From Nanobdellota archaeon (lineage in GTDB: Archaea; Nanobdellota; Nanobdellia; SCGC-AAA011-G17; JACPNG01), in contig JBBSWJ010000003.1 of assembly GCA_038046345.1 (NCBI GenBank), forward strand, positions 1 through 27,741: a stretch of DNA of 27,741 nucleotides, written 5' to 3'. Shown here in pieces: positions 13,733 to 22,773 of this stretch (position 1 is its first letter; the number at the start of each line of letters is the position of its first letter). Position numbers and translations under genes: made by a program. The notes under the pieces were generated by a model. The model saw nothing but the letters and a program-made list of their open reading frames with translations. It searched no databases and was not told where the DNA came from.

Positions 13733-15527
13733 ACTTCGCACACATACTTGCAATGAACTGAGAGCTAGTAATACTAATAACAAAGTACGCTTATCAGGCT
13801 GGGTTGCTAAACGACGTGATCATGGTGGGGTTATCTTTATCGACCTGCGTGATCGTTATGGCATCACTCAATTAGTTTTTGAACCAGAATGCAAAGCTTT
13901 TGCTGCTGCTGAAAAACTTGGAAGAGAGTTCTGTATACATATTGTTGGCGTTGTAAAAAAAAGGAAACCAGGCATGGAGAATAATACGCTTGACACAGGC
14001 GCAATTGAGGTTTATGTCGATTCTCTTGAGATATTAAACAAGTCTGATGTGCCACCATTTGAAGTTGATGAACGTACAGAAGTTTCTGAGGATGTTCGAT
14101 TAAAGTATCGTTACCTTGATTTGAGAAAACCAAAGATGAGTAATAACCTTGTTTTTCGGGGGAAGGTTATCAAATTTATTCGAGATTGGATGTACAATGC
14201 TGGCTTTCTTGAAATTGAAACTCCAATACTAACCTCATCTTCGCCAGAAGGCGCCAGGGATTTTATTGTTCCTTCTCGTGTCCATCCAGGTAAATTTTAT
14301 GCACTACCTCAGGCCCCGCAACAATACAAACAACTATTAATGGTCGGCGGGATGGATAAATATTTTCAGATTGCTCCATGCATGCGTGATGAAGATCCAC
14401 GTGCTGATCGCAGCCCCGGAGAATTCTATCAATTAGATATTGAGACAAGCTTCTTATCCCAAGACGAATTTTTTGAATTGATGGAACCTTTACTTATTGA
14501 ACTATCCAAAAAATTTACTACAAAAAAAATCTTTAAAGTTCCTTTTCCTAAACTTGCTTACAAAGAGACGATGTTAAAATATGGCACTGACAAACCAGAC
14601 ATGCGCTTCGGTCTTGAAATCCAAGATGTATCCTCTTTGCTTAAGGACACCACATTTGAAGTATTCAAGCGCGCGCTGAAAGATAATGGCAGCATTAGAG
14701 TTATTGTTGCAACTGGAGCTGCAGATAAACTCTCACGTGCTGATCTTGATGAACTAACCAAACTTGCTGAGAGCCTTGGCGCAAAGGGTCTTGCTTATAT
14801 CTCATTGAAAGATGATGAAATTAAATCACCATTAATAAAATTTTTAGGTAAAGACATGATTGATACAATCATTGAAAAAGTTTCCGCTAAAAAGGGAGAT
14901 ATAATATTTTTTATGGCTGATAGTGATAAAAAAATTTCAGTAATCATGGGAGAATTGCGTTTAGTCCTTGGCAACAAACTAAACTTAATTAATCGTGAAT
15001 TATTATGCTGGGCATGGATTGTTGACTTTCCTATGTTTGAGTTTGATGAACTTTCTAGAAAGATTGTATTTGGTCATAATCCTTTCTCCATGCCTCAAGG
15101 TGGTTTAAAGGCTTTAGAATCCAAGAATCCACTCGATATACTTGCTTTTCAATATGATATTGTTTGTAATGGATTAGAACTATCATCTGGCGCAGTTAGG
15201 AATAATATTCCTGAAGTTATGTATAAAGCATTTGAAATTACTGGTTATACTAAAAAAGAAGTAGATGATAAATTCCGTGCTTTAATTAATGCTTTTAGAT
15301 ACGGAGCACCACCCCACTGCGGTTTTGCACCAGGTATTGAAAGATTAGTTATGCTATTAAGAGATGAGGTTAATATCAGAGAGGTTACTGCTTTTCCCAA
15401 AAATAAAGCCGCTGAAGACGTTATGATGGGAGCACCTTCAGAAGTCAGTGATATCCAATTAAAAGAATTGCATATTAAATGTGACATGATCAAAAAATCT
15501 GAACGTGCGTCTTTGCCTAAAAAGTAA
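13722..15527 (+). CDS. aspS: Aspartate--tRNA ligase, bacterial type, probably non-discriminating (Asp/Asn)
   Basis: 601 aa with the bacterial GAD insertion (YGTDKPDMRF...GDIIFF); RTHTCNELR; RDHGGVIFIDLRD; ALPQAPQQYKQLLM; YFQIAPCMRDED; GAPPHCGFAPGIERLVM. Confidence 0.97.
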   Translation: MDTKLRTHTCNELRASNTNNKVRLSGWVAKRRDHGGVIFIDLRDRYGITQLVFEPECKAFAAAEKLGREFCIHIVGVVKKRKPGMENNTLDTGAIEVYVDSLEILNKSDVPPFEVDERTEVSEDVRLKYRYLDLRKPKMSNNLVFRGKVIKFIRDWMYNAGFLEIETPILTSSSPEGARDFIVPSRVHPGKFYALPQAPQQYKQLLMVGGMDKYFQIAPCMRDEDPRADRSPGEFYQLDIETSFLSQDEFFELMEPLLIELSKKFTTKKIFKVPFPKLAYKETMLKYGTDKPDMRFGLEIQDVSSLLKDTTFEVFKRALKDNGSIRVIVATGAADKLSRADLDELTKLAESLGAKGLAYISLKDDEIKSPLIKFLGKDMIDTIIEKVSAKKGDIIFFMADSDKKISVIMGELRLVLGNKLNLINRELLCWAWIVDFPMFEFDELSRKIVFGHNPFSMPQGGLKALESKNPLDILAFQYDIVCNGLELSSGAVRNNIPEVMYKAFEITGYTKKEVDDKFRALINAFRYGAPPHCGFAPGIERLVMLLRDEVNIREVTAFPKNKAAEDVMMGAPSEVSDIQLKELHIKCDMIKKSERASLPKK

Positions 15528-15683
15528 ACGAAAAGTTAGACATTCGGGCAGTTATTTGACTATTCAAAAGTGTATAAGATCAGGACAACCTTGAAGCCCA
15601 CTTCTTGCAATTTTAACATATGCCTTTTGTTGCCTTTTTCTTTCTCTAAATCTAAATGTAAGCGGGGGTGTAATAGCTTCCTT

Positions 15684-15968
15684 CTATAAAGTTGCAAGAA
15701 ACTGTTTAATCTCACTCACCTTTCGTGGATTCAACGAGACATGATCATCTGAACCTCTACCTGTTCTTTTTGATAGAATAGTTATCCATTCATCATTCGT
15801 TAATTCTTTCAAAGCTTTCTCAACTGCTTTCTTTCCATCGTGTGTATTCCGATAATGTTCTGGAACTCCTTTAATTACAAAATCAAGAGGAGTATGTTTT
15901 CCACCCCAAATATTTCTTCTAATAAGCTTCTGAAGAATCAATTTTTTCAAAACATCTGTTTCTCCCAT
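15684..15968 (-). CDS. Small basic winged-helix-like hypothetical protein
   Basis: MGETDVLKKLILQKLIRRNIWGGKHT...KALKELTNDEWI...HVSLNP. ATG at 15968 preferred over the TTG at 15986. Confidence 0.75.
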   Translation of the reverse strand: MGETDVLKKLILQKLIRRNIWGGKHTPLDFVIKGVPEHYRNTHDGKKAVEKALKELTNDEWITILSKRTGRGSDDHVSLNPRKVSEIKQFLATL

Positions 15969-16070
15969 GTGCAATCTTGTACACAACTCATTAATAATAG
16001 TTTCTTAAACTTTTTGTACATCAATATATAACAACGAAAGATTTAAATATTATAATGTTTCATTATTGTT

Positions 16071-16400
16071 ATGAAAGAAGAATCAATCTTTTTGGATCAT
16101 GTTGGAGACAACCCGCGGATGAGGATATTACAATACTTCATAGAGGGCCGTGATTTCGACTACACTCTCACTGATTTACTCCATGCTGGTGTAAGCTGGG
16201 GAACTTTAAATACTTTAGTCCCTAAACTTTTAGAATTAGGTATCATAATAAAAACAAGAAAAATTGGACGAGCTACTTTGTATAAAATAAATCCAGAAAA
16301 TGTTGCTGTAATTCAATTAATTGAGTTATATGATAATCTACTTCTTGAAAAATTGAATTCAATAGAAAAAATTGGAAAGAAAGTTGAAATTCCTGCTTAA
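16071..16400 (+). CDS. ArsR/MarR-like winged helix-turn-helix regulator
   Basis: RILQYFIE..DYTLTDL..AGVSWGTLNTLVPKLLELGII.KTRKIGRATLYKIN; GAAAGATTTAAATA promoter ~24 nt upstream. Confidence 0.85.
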   Translation: MKEESIFLDHVGDNPRMRILQYFIEGRDFDYTLTDLLHAGVSWGTLNTLVPKLLELGIIIKTRKIGRATLYKINPENVAVIQLIELYDNLLLEKLNSIEKIGKKVEIPA

Positions 16401-16454
16401 TGGTTCATTCGCAAGCCACTTATTAAACCGTAGTTACCACACAACGCCTTGCAT

Positions 16455-16466
16455 AAAGCTTATAAA
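16455..16466 (+). promoter_or_regulatory. BRE-TATA promoter of the ribosomal protein operon
   Basis: AAAG-CTTATAAA upstream of rpl3. Confidence 0.6.
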
Positions 16467-16533
16467 CCATTAAAAAATATGACTTCCATCCCCTATTGAA
16501 TGAATCAAGTCGCTAGTTCTAAACATAAAAACC

Positions 16534-17481
16534 ATGGGACAAAAACATAGACCAAGACGGGGAAGCATGCAGTACTGGCCAAGGAAAAGAGCCAGAAAAG
16601 AAACACCTAGATTGAGAAACTGGTTTGATAACGGTGAAACATTCCTAGGATTTGCAGGATACAAAGCTGGAATGACCCAGTTACAAGTAAAGGACAATCA
16701 TCCAAAATATGGAAAATCAGGAGAAATAGTAACCCACCCTGTAACAGTAATTGAATGCCCACCACTAAAACCATTAGCATTAAGATTCTATAAAAGAGGA
16801 GAAGACGGTCTAAAAGTAAGTGGTTATGCATATTCTTCAACAGTAAACAAGGAGATCACAAGAAAGTTAAAACTTCCCAAAAACACTGATAAACTGCCAG
16901 AAACCTGGGATGAAGTAAGATTAATAGTGCACACACAACCAAAACTAGCAGGATTTGGAAAGAAAAAACCAGAAGTATTTGAAATGCCTGTAAAACAGTC
17001 TAATATTGAAGAACTTAAAAACCTGCTAACAAAAGACATAACAATCAAAGGAATATTCAAAGAAGGAGAATACCTAGACAGCCATGCAGTAACAAAAGGA
17101 AAAGGTTACCAAGGGGCTGTAAAAAGATTCGGAGTAACAATAAGACAAAAAAAATCAGAAAAAACAAAGAGAGGAGTAGGCAATCTTGGGCCATGGACAC
17201 CAAAAAGAGTAAGTTATAGAGTACCTCAAGCAGGACAGATGGGCTATCATCTAAGAACAGAATTTAACAAACAGCTGTTATATGTTGGCGAAAAACCAGA
17301 AGACATAAACCCAAAGGGCGGATTTATAAGATATGGTCTAGTAAAAAATGCATTTCTTCTAATCGCAGGATCACTGCCAGGACCTAAAAAAAGACTGATC
17401 ATACTAACACATGGAAGAAGAACAATAAAAAAACAAACAACCCCTTCAGTGATATCAATAAACAAAGAGAGCAAACAATGA
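16534..17481 (+). CDS. rpl3: 50S ribosomal protein L3 (uL3)
   Basis: HRPRRGSMQYWPRKRA, GYKAGMT, TKGKGYQGAVKRFG, PQAGQMGYH. Confidence 0.98.
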   Translation: MGQKHRPRRGSMQYWPRKRARKETPRLRNWFDNGETFLGFAGYKAGMTQLQVKDNHPKYGKSGEIVTHPVTVIECPPLKPLALRFYKRGEDGLKVSGYAYSSTVNKEITRKLKLPKNTDKLPETWDEVRLIVHTQPKLAGFGKKKPEVFEMPVKQSNIEELKNLLTKDITIKGIFKEGEYLDSHAVTKGKGYQGAVKRFGVTIRQKKSEKTKRGVGNLGPWTPKRVSYRVPQAGQMGYHLRTEFNKQLLYVGEKPEDINPKGGFIRYGLVKNAFLLIAGSLPGPKKRLIILTHGRRTIKKQTTPSVISINKESKQ

Positions 17482-18296
17482 AAGCAAAGATACTTGACAT
17501 AAACGGAAAGGAAATCAAAGAGATAAAACTACCAACCCAATTTGATGAACCATACCGCCCAGACCTAATCAAAAAAGCAGTCCTAGCAATACAAGCAAAC
17601 AACCGCCAGCCATATGGAACAAAAAAAGGAGCTGGTATGAGACAGCGGGGCAAACTATCAAGGCGAAGAAGAAAATACAAGGGAGCTTATGGAAGAGGCA
17701 TATCAAGAGTACCAAGAAAAACCATGACAAAAAGAGGCACACAATTCTATTGGGTAGGAGCAGAAGCACCATCCACAGTAGGCGGAAGACGAGCACATCC
17801 CCCAAAAGCAGAAAAAGATTGGCACCAAAAACTAAACTTAAATGAAAAAAGAAAGGCAATAAGAAGCGCACTAAACGCAACAACAATAAAAGAAATAGTT
17901 CAAGCAAGAGGGCACAGAACAGACATAGCCCCATTTGTTATAGATGGAAAAATTGAAGAAATATCAAAAACAAAGGAATTACATAAGATCCTAAACAAGA
18001 TAGGACTTGGCTCAGAACTAGATAGAATAATGAAAAAAAAAGTTAGAGCTGGAAAGGGAAAGATGCGAGGAAGAAAGTACAAGACTAAAACTGGACCACT
18101 ATTTATTGTATCAGAAAAATGTAAACTCATAGATGCAACAACAAATTTGCTTGGAATCGATACAACACTAGTAAACAACCTTAATGCAGCATTATTAGCT
18201 CCTGGTTGTACACCAGGCAGACTGTGCATATGGAGTGATAAAGCCATGGATAAACTTGGAAAAGAAAAATTATTTATGAAGAAGGTAAGAAAATGA
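17478..18296 (+). CDS. rpl4: 50S ribosomal protein L4 (uL4, archaeal L4e type)
   Basis: [39 protein letters not shown]. Confidence 0.97.
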   Translation: MKAKILDINGKEIKEIKLPTQFDEPYRPDLIKKAVLAIQANNRQPYGTKKGAGMRQRGKLSRRRRKYKGAYGRGISRVPRKTMTKRGTQFYWVGAEAPSTVGGRRAHPPKAEKDWHQKLNLNEKRKAIRSALNATTIKEIVQARGHRTDIAPFVIDGKIEEISKTKELHKILNKIGLGSELDRIMKKKVRAGKGKMRGRKYKTKTGPLFIVSEKCKLIDATTNLLGIDTTLVNNLNAALLAPGCTPGRLCIWSDKAMDKLGKEKLFMKKVRK

Positions 18297-18556
18297 AAGA
18301 TCCTTACTCTATAATAAAAAACCCACTAATGGTAGAAAAAGCAGTACGCTTAATGGAAGCAGAAAACAAATTAACATTTTTAGTTGCACTGGACGCAAAC
18401 AAAAGGGAAATTAAAGAAGCAGTGGAAACAATATTTAAAGTAAAGGTAGAAAAAGTAAACACAACCATAACTGGAAAAGCAATAAAAAAAGCTTTTGTAA
18501 AAATATCCTTAGATACACCAGCACAAGAAATAATATCAGGAATGGGGCTATCATAA
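18293..18556 (+). CDS. rpl23: 50S ribosomal protein L23 (uL23)
   Basis: [15 protein letters not shown]...[19 protein letters not shown]; operon position. Confidence 0.95.
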   Translation: MKDPYSIIKNPLMVEKAVRLMEAENKLTFLVALDANKREIKEAVETIFKVKVEKVNTTITGKAIKKAFVKISLDTPAQEIISGMGLS

Positions 18557-19282
18557 ATGGGAAAGAGAATTATCACACAAAGGCGAGGACGCGGAACATT
18601 AACATACACTGCAAATAGCCATAAAAGCAAAGGAAAAGTAAGCCATCGAGTAAGAGATGAACAAGAAAAAACAAGCAGTGTAACAGGAATTATAGAAGAT
18701 ATAGTCCACTGCAGCGGGCATAACGCTCCATTAGTTTTTATAAAATATCAAACTGGAGAAAGAATATTATTACCAGCACCAGAAAATGTAAGAGCATACG
18801 ATGAAGTAAGCGCGGGCATAACAGCAGAAATAAAACCAGGAAATGTCCTACCAGTAAAAAGCATACCTGAAGGCACAACCATATGCAATATAGAGTCATT
18901 ACCAGGAAAGATAAGCTTTTGCAGAAGCGCAGGAAGCTCAGCAAAGATAATACACAAATCACCAGTAGATGTAACAATTAAATTCCCATCATCAAGAAAA
19001 GAAAAAAAACTAAACCCAGAATGCAGAGCAACAATAGGCGTTGTAGCTGGCGGCGGAAAAAGAGATAGACCACTACTAAAGGCAGGTACAAGACATCACA
19101 AGATGAGAGCAAAAGGACAATTATACCCAAAAACTTCAGGAGTAGCAATGAACGCAGTAGACCATCCATTTGGGTCTGGAAGAGGAAGACATGTTGGTAA
19201 ACCCAAAAATGCACCAAAACACGCACCTCCTGGAAGAAATGTTGGATTGATAAAAGCAAGAAGAACTGGAAGGAAACGATAA
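18557..19282 (+). CDS. rpl2: 50S ribosomal protein L2 (uL2)
   Basis: MGKRIITQRRGRG, RSAGS, GVAMNAVDHPFGSG. Confidence 0.98.
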   Translation: MGKRIITQRRGRGTLTYTANSHKSKGKVSHRVRDEQEKTSSVTGIIEDIVHCSGHNAPLVFIKYQTGERILLPAPENVRAYDEVSAGITAEIKPGNVLPVKSIPEGTTICNIESLPGKISFCRSAGSSAKIIHKSPVDVTIKFPSSRKEKKLNPECRATIGVVAGGGKRDRPLLKAGTRHHKMRAKGQLYPKTSGVAMNAVDHPFGSGRGRHVGKPKNAPKHAPPGRNVGLIKARRTGRKR

Positions 19283-19283
19283 G

Positions 19284-19679
19284 GTGGTAAAAGAACTAAA
19301 AGTATACGGAAAAAATGAAGCAGAACTAAAAAAGTTAGAATCACAGGAACTACTTGCACTGCTACCATCAAGAGCAAGAAGGACACTAAAGAGAGAAGGG
19401 AAAAAAGCTGTTCATGCCCCATTAAACAAAAAGATACAACAAGCCATCAATGGAAAAAGAAAAAAGCCAATAAAAACTCATTGCAGAGAACTACTGATAT
19501 TACCATACATGATAGGATTAACAATAGCAGTATACAATGGTAAAGAGTATGCTAACATAATAATAATACCCGAAATGATAGGGCATTACATTGGAGAATT
19601 CGCATATACAAGAAAGTTCGGAAAACATTCAGGACCAGGAATTGGAGCAACAAAGTCTAGCAAGGCTGCTAAGAAATAA
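19284..19679 (+). CDS. rps19: 30S ribosomal protein S19 (uS19), GTG start
   Basis: IKTHCR, PEMIGHYIGEFAYTRK, HSGPGIGATKSS. Confidence 0.96.
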   Translation: MVKELKVYGKNEAELKKLESQELLALLPSRARRTLKREGKKAVHAPLNKKIQQAINGKRKKPIKTHCRELLILPYMIGLTIAVYNGKEYANIIIIPEMIGHYIGEFAYTRKFGKHSGPGIGATKSSKAAKK

Positions 19680-19681
19680 AA

Positions 19682-20113
19682 ATGAAATACAAAGAAAACC
19701 AAGCAATTGCAAGAGGATTAGATTTACCTATTTCAACAAAATTTAGCGTAGACATATGCAGCTTCTTGAGAGGAAAAACAGTTGAAAGATCAAGAAGGGA
19801 ACTGATGAACGTACTTGAAAAAAAACAAGCAATCCCATTAAACAAACATAAACAAGATATCCCCCACAGAAAAGGAAACATGGCAGCAGGAAGATACCCA
19901 CAAAAAGCTACACAACATATACTAAAAATTGTAAATTTAGCGGAGAGAAATGCACATAACCGTGGATTAAACACAGAGAATCTAATAATACGGAGCATCA
20001 AGGCAGACGGAGCAGGCAAACCAAACAGAACCGGAAGACATGGAAGAAGACAAATGAAGAGAACACATATTGAAGTTATTGTTGAAGAAATTGCAAAGAA
20101 GGAGAAAAAATGA
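19682..20113 (+). CDS. rpl22: 50S ribosomal protein L22 (uL22)
   Basis: ISTKFSVDIC, GRYPQKA, NAERNA-like LAERNAHNRGL, THIEVIVEE. Confidence 0.96.
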   Translation: MKYKENQAIARGLDLPISTKFSVDICSFLRGKTVERSRRELMNVLEKKQAIPLNKHKQDIPHRKGNMAAGRYPQKATQHILKIVNLAERNAHNRGLNTENLIIRSIKADGAGKPNRTGRHGRRQMKRTHIEVIVEEIAKKEKK

Positions 20114-20868
20114 TTGAAAGAAAATTCATTGCAAAGGGAGTAAATGAACTACAGATTCAAGAATATATAGGACAACAATTAGGAAGAGTAGGATATAGCA
20201 AAATTGAAATCAAAAAAACCCCACTTGGAGAAAAAATAGTTGTTCACACAAGCAGACCCGGAATGATTGTCGGAAAAAAGGGAGAGAATATACGCAAACT
20301 CACAGCACTGCTAAAAAATAAATTCGGTCTTGAAAACCCACAAATAGAAATTGCAGAAATAACCGACCCAATGTTGGACGCAAACAATGTTGCTGAGTCA
20401 ATTGCATACACATTTGAACGCTATGGAAGTAAAAGATTCAAATATCTTGGTTATGAAACTCTTAAAAGAATAATAGCAGCTGGAGCAATAGGCGCGGAAA
20501 TAATCATAAGCGGTACAGTACCAAGCGCAAGAGCAAAGAAATGGAAATTCTATGAAGGATATCTAAAAAGGTCAGGAGATGTATCATCCACAAAAGTAAG
20601 AAGAGCAACCACCACTGCAATATTGAAACGAGGTGCAATAGGCATAAAGGTAGCTATAATGCCTCCAGACATCGTACTGCCTGATACAATCAAGATATTA
20701 TCCCCAAAAGAAGTAATACCAGAACCAGAAAGGGAAGTACAAAAGAAAAAGCCAAGAAAAGCAGTGCAAAAAAATAAAAAAACTACTGAAAAACAATCAG
20801 ATGAAAAAAAGGATAATACAAATAAGATACCGGACAAACAGGAGGTAAAACCTGATTCAACAAATTAG
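20110..20868 (+). CDS. rps3: 30S ribosomal protein S3 (uS3)
   Basis: MIERKFI, KTPLGEKI, RPGMIVGKKG, GAIGIKVAIMPP; charged C-terminal tail. Confidence 0.97.
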   Translation: MIERKFIAKGVNELQIQEYIGQQLGRVGYSKIEIKKTPLGEKIVVHTSRPGMIVGKKGENIRKLTALLKNKFGLENPQIEIAEITDPMLDANNVAESIAYTFERYGSKRFKYLGYETLKRIIAAGAIGAEIIISGTVPSARAKKWKFYEGYLKRSGDVSSTKVRRATTTAILKRGAIGIKVAIMPPDIVLPDTIKILSPKEVIPEPEREVQKKKPRKAVQKNKKTTEKQSDEKKDNTNKIPDKQEVKPDSTN

Positions 20869-20870
20869 AC

Positions 20871-21092
20871 ATGGCAATAATTAAAAAAAATGATTTTAAA
20901 AAAATGAAAGAAGAAGAACTAAAAACAAAGTTAGATGCACTGCAACGAGAGTTAATGAAATTAAACGCACAGATTAAATGTGGAACTGTCCCAGAGAATC
21001 CAGGAAGGGTCAAGATCATAAAAAAAACAATTGCAAATATATTCAGAAAACAAAATGAAAATCAAAGGAAGGAGGCGCAAATACAAAAATGA
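20871..21092 (+). CDS. rpl29: 50S ribosomal protein L29 (uL29)
   Basis: ELKTKLDALQRELMK, NPGRVKIIKKTIA; operon position. Confidence 0.93.
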   Translation: MAIIKKNDFKKMKEEELKTKLDALQRELMKLNAQIKCGTVPENPGRVKIIKKTIANIFRKQNENQRKEAQIQK

Positions 21093-21397
21093 TTGACATA
21101 TGCAATACATGCGGATTAAACAAAGAACTTTGCGTGTGTGAAATTATAGCAAAGGAAGAACAGAGAATAAAAATAAAAACAGTAAAACGAAAATTTGGAA
21201 AACTAATGACAGTTATAGAAGGGATCAATGAGAAAGAAATAGACATAAAAGACGTTACAAAACAACTAAAATCAAAACTTGCATGCGGTGGCACAACAAA
21301 AAAAGGCGTGATAGAACTACAAGGAAACCATGCACAAAAAGCAAGAATAGAGCTGATAAAGCTTGGGTTTAAACAAGAAACAATAACAACAGGGTAA
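21089..21397 (+). CDS. sui1: Translation initiation factor SUI1/aIF1
   Basis: CNTCGLNKELCVC, KRKFGKLMTVIEG, LKSKLACGGT, IELQGNH. Confidence 0.95.
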   Translation: MIDICNTCGLNKELCVCEIIAKEEQRIKIKTVKRKFGKLMTVIEGINEKEIDIKDVTKQLKSKLACGGTTKKGVIELQGNHAQKARIELIKLGFKQETITTG

Positions 21398-21399
21398 AA

Positions 21400-21672
21400 A
21401 TGACAAAACACGAAATACTAAACGAAGAAATCATTGGCAAAAAAATAAAAGTTACACGCGCCGAGAATAATAGCTTGAATGGAATTGAAGGAACTATCGT
21501 AGATGAAACCAGAAATACAATAACAGTTGAGACAACAAATGGAGAAAAAAAATTGCTTAAATCACAGGTCGTACTCAAAATGGCCAGCAAAGGAAAAGTG
21601 TACGAGCTGGACGGAAGGCTATTACTTAATAGACCAGAGGATCGCATTAAGAAAATGAGGGTTATACAATGA
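21400..21672 (+). CDS. rnp1: Ribonuclease P protein component 1 (Rpp29/Pop4)
   Basis: EIIGKKIKV, GIEGTIVDETRNT, LDGRLLLNRPEDR. Confidence 0.93.
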   Translation: MTKHEILNEEIIGKKIKVTRAENNSLNGIEGTIVDETRNTITVETTNGEKKLLKSQVVLKMASKGKVYELDGRLLLNRPEDRIKKMRVIQ

Positions 21673-21992
21673 AAAAAAATATTGGAATAAACGTAGAAGT
21701 CCCAAAGAAAACATGCAATGATAAAAACTGTCCGTTCCATGGCTCAATTAGTCTTAGAGGCAGAAGATTAGAAGGAAAAGTAATCAAAATCAATCTAAAT
21801 AAAGGCGCAGTAATAGAATGGCATAGGCAGATATATCTCTCAAAATATGAAAGGTATGAAAAAAGAAGATCAAGGATACACACACACAAACCAGACTGCA
21901 TTGACTTAAAGCTGGGCGATATTGTAACGGCAGTTGAAACAAGACCAATAGCAAAAACAAAAAGTTTTATCATAATCGAGGTAAACAAATGA
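21669..21992 (+). CDS. rps17: 30S ribosomal protein S17 (uS17)
   Basis: CNDKNCPFHGSISLRG, KYERYEKRRSRI, ETRPIAKTKSF. Confidence 0.97.
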   Translation: MKKNIGINVEVPKKTCNDKNCPFHGSISLRGRRLEGKVIKINLNKGAVIEWHRQIYLSKYERYEKRRSRIHTHKPDCIDLKLGDIVTAVETRPIAKTKSFIIIEVNK

Positions 21993-22390
21993 AATCAATA
22001 ATCTCAAAAAATTCAAGAGGGCTAGAAACAGGAGCAGTAATAGATGCATGCGATAATTCTGGCGCTAAAAAAATAAGGATATTCACGGTTTACGGACATA
22101 AAACTGTAAAGAGAAGAAGAGCAAGAGCGGGCATAGCAGATATGGTTATGGCAAGTGTAGTCAGAGGAAAACCAGACATAAGAAAAAAAGTAGTTTATGC
22201 CGTCATAGTCAGACAAAAAAAAGAGTTCAAACGAGTAAACGGTTTAAGAGTATCCTTTGAAGACAACGCAGCAGTTTTACTAAAAGACAACAAAGGAAAC
22301 CCAAAGGGCACCGCTATAAAAGGGCCAATAGCTAAGGAGGTTACAATCCGCTGGCCAGCAATATCAAAGATTGCAAGTAATGCAGTATGA
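21989..22390 (+). CDS. rpl14: 50S ribosomal protein L14 (uL14)
   Basis: CDNSGAK, AVIVRQKKEF, FEDNAAV, GTAIKGPIAKE. Confidence 0.97.
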   Translation: MKSIISKNSRGLETGAVIDACDNSGAKKIRIFTVYGHKTVKRRRARAGIADMVMASVVRGKPDIRKKVVYAVIVRQKKEFKRVNGLRVSFEDNAAVLLKDNKGNPKGTAIKGPIAKEVTIRWPAISKIASNAV

Positions 22391-22773
22391 AAACATTTTC
22401 AAATAAATGGAAGTCAAGTAAGAATAGAAGAAAACAGCGTAAATACAGAGCTAACGCACCACTTCATACCAAGGGCAAGTTCCTTCATGCAATGTTATCA
22501 AAGGAACTGAAGAAAAAATACTCAAAAAATAGTATAAGATTAAGAAAAGGAGACAATGTGCTGATAATGAGGGGGCAGTTTAAGAAAAAAACTGGTGAAG
22601 TGACGGTTGTAAAAACAAAGATTGCGAAGGCATTTGTAAGCGGAGCAGAACTAACAAAGAAAGATGGAACAAAGATACATTATCCCATAGCAATAAGTAA
22701 TTTACAAATAACCGTGTTAAAGCTTGAAGATAATAAAAGAAAAAAATCATTAGAGAGGGGGGCAAAGAAATGA
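22387..22773 (+). CDS. rpl24: 50S ribosomal protein L24 (uL24)
   Basis: KQRKYRANAPLH, IRLRKGDNVLIMRGQFK. Confidence 0.96.
   Translation: MKTFSNKWKSSKNRRKQRKYRANAPLHTKGKFLHAMLSKELKKKYSKNSIRLRKGDNVLIMRGQFKKKTGEVTVVKTKIAKAFVSGAELTKKDGTKIHYPIAISNLQITVLKLEDNKRKKSLERGAKK

Noticed and set aside
2797-15493. Short alternative-frame and antisense ORFs within leuS, alaS, tfe, nreA and aspS
   Set aside because: Nested in long conserved genes, with no recognisable motifs or initiation signals.
15528-15683. GC-richer spacer between convergent genes with GTTAGAC (attC-core-like), and a ~51-codon minus-strand frame
   Set aside because: No paired RYYYAAC/GTTRRRY boxes with inner inverted repeats, no C/D or H/ACA layout found, and the frame lacks a credible start or motif.
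16481-16511. GACTT...AAGTC inverted repeat upstream of rpl3 as a possible autoregulatory leader
   Set aside because: Only 5 bp with weak inner pairing, and the 5' arm may lie at or before the expected TSS.
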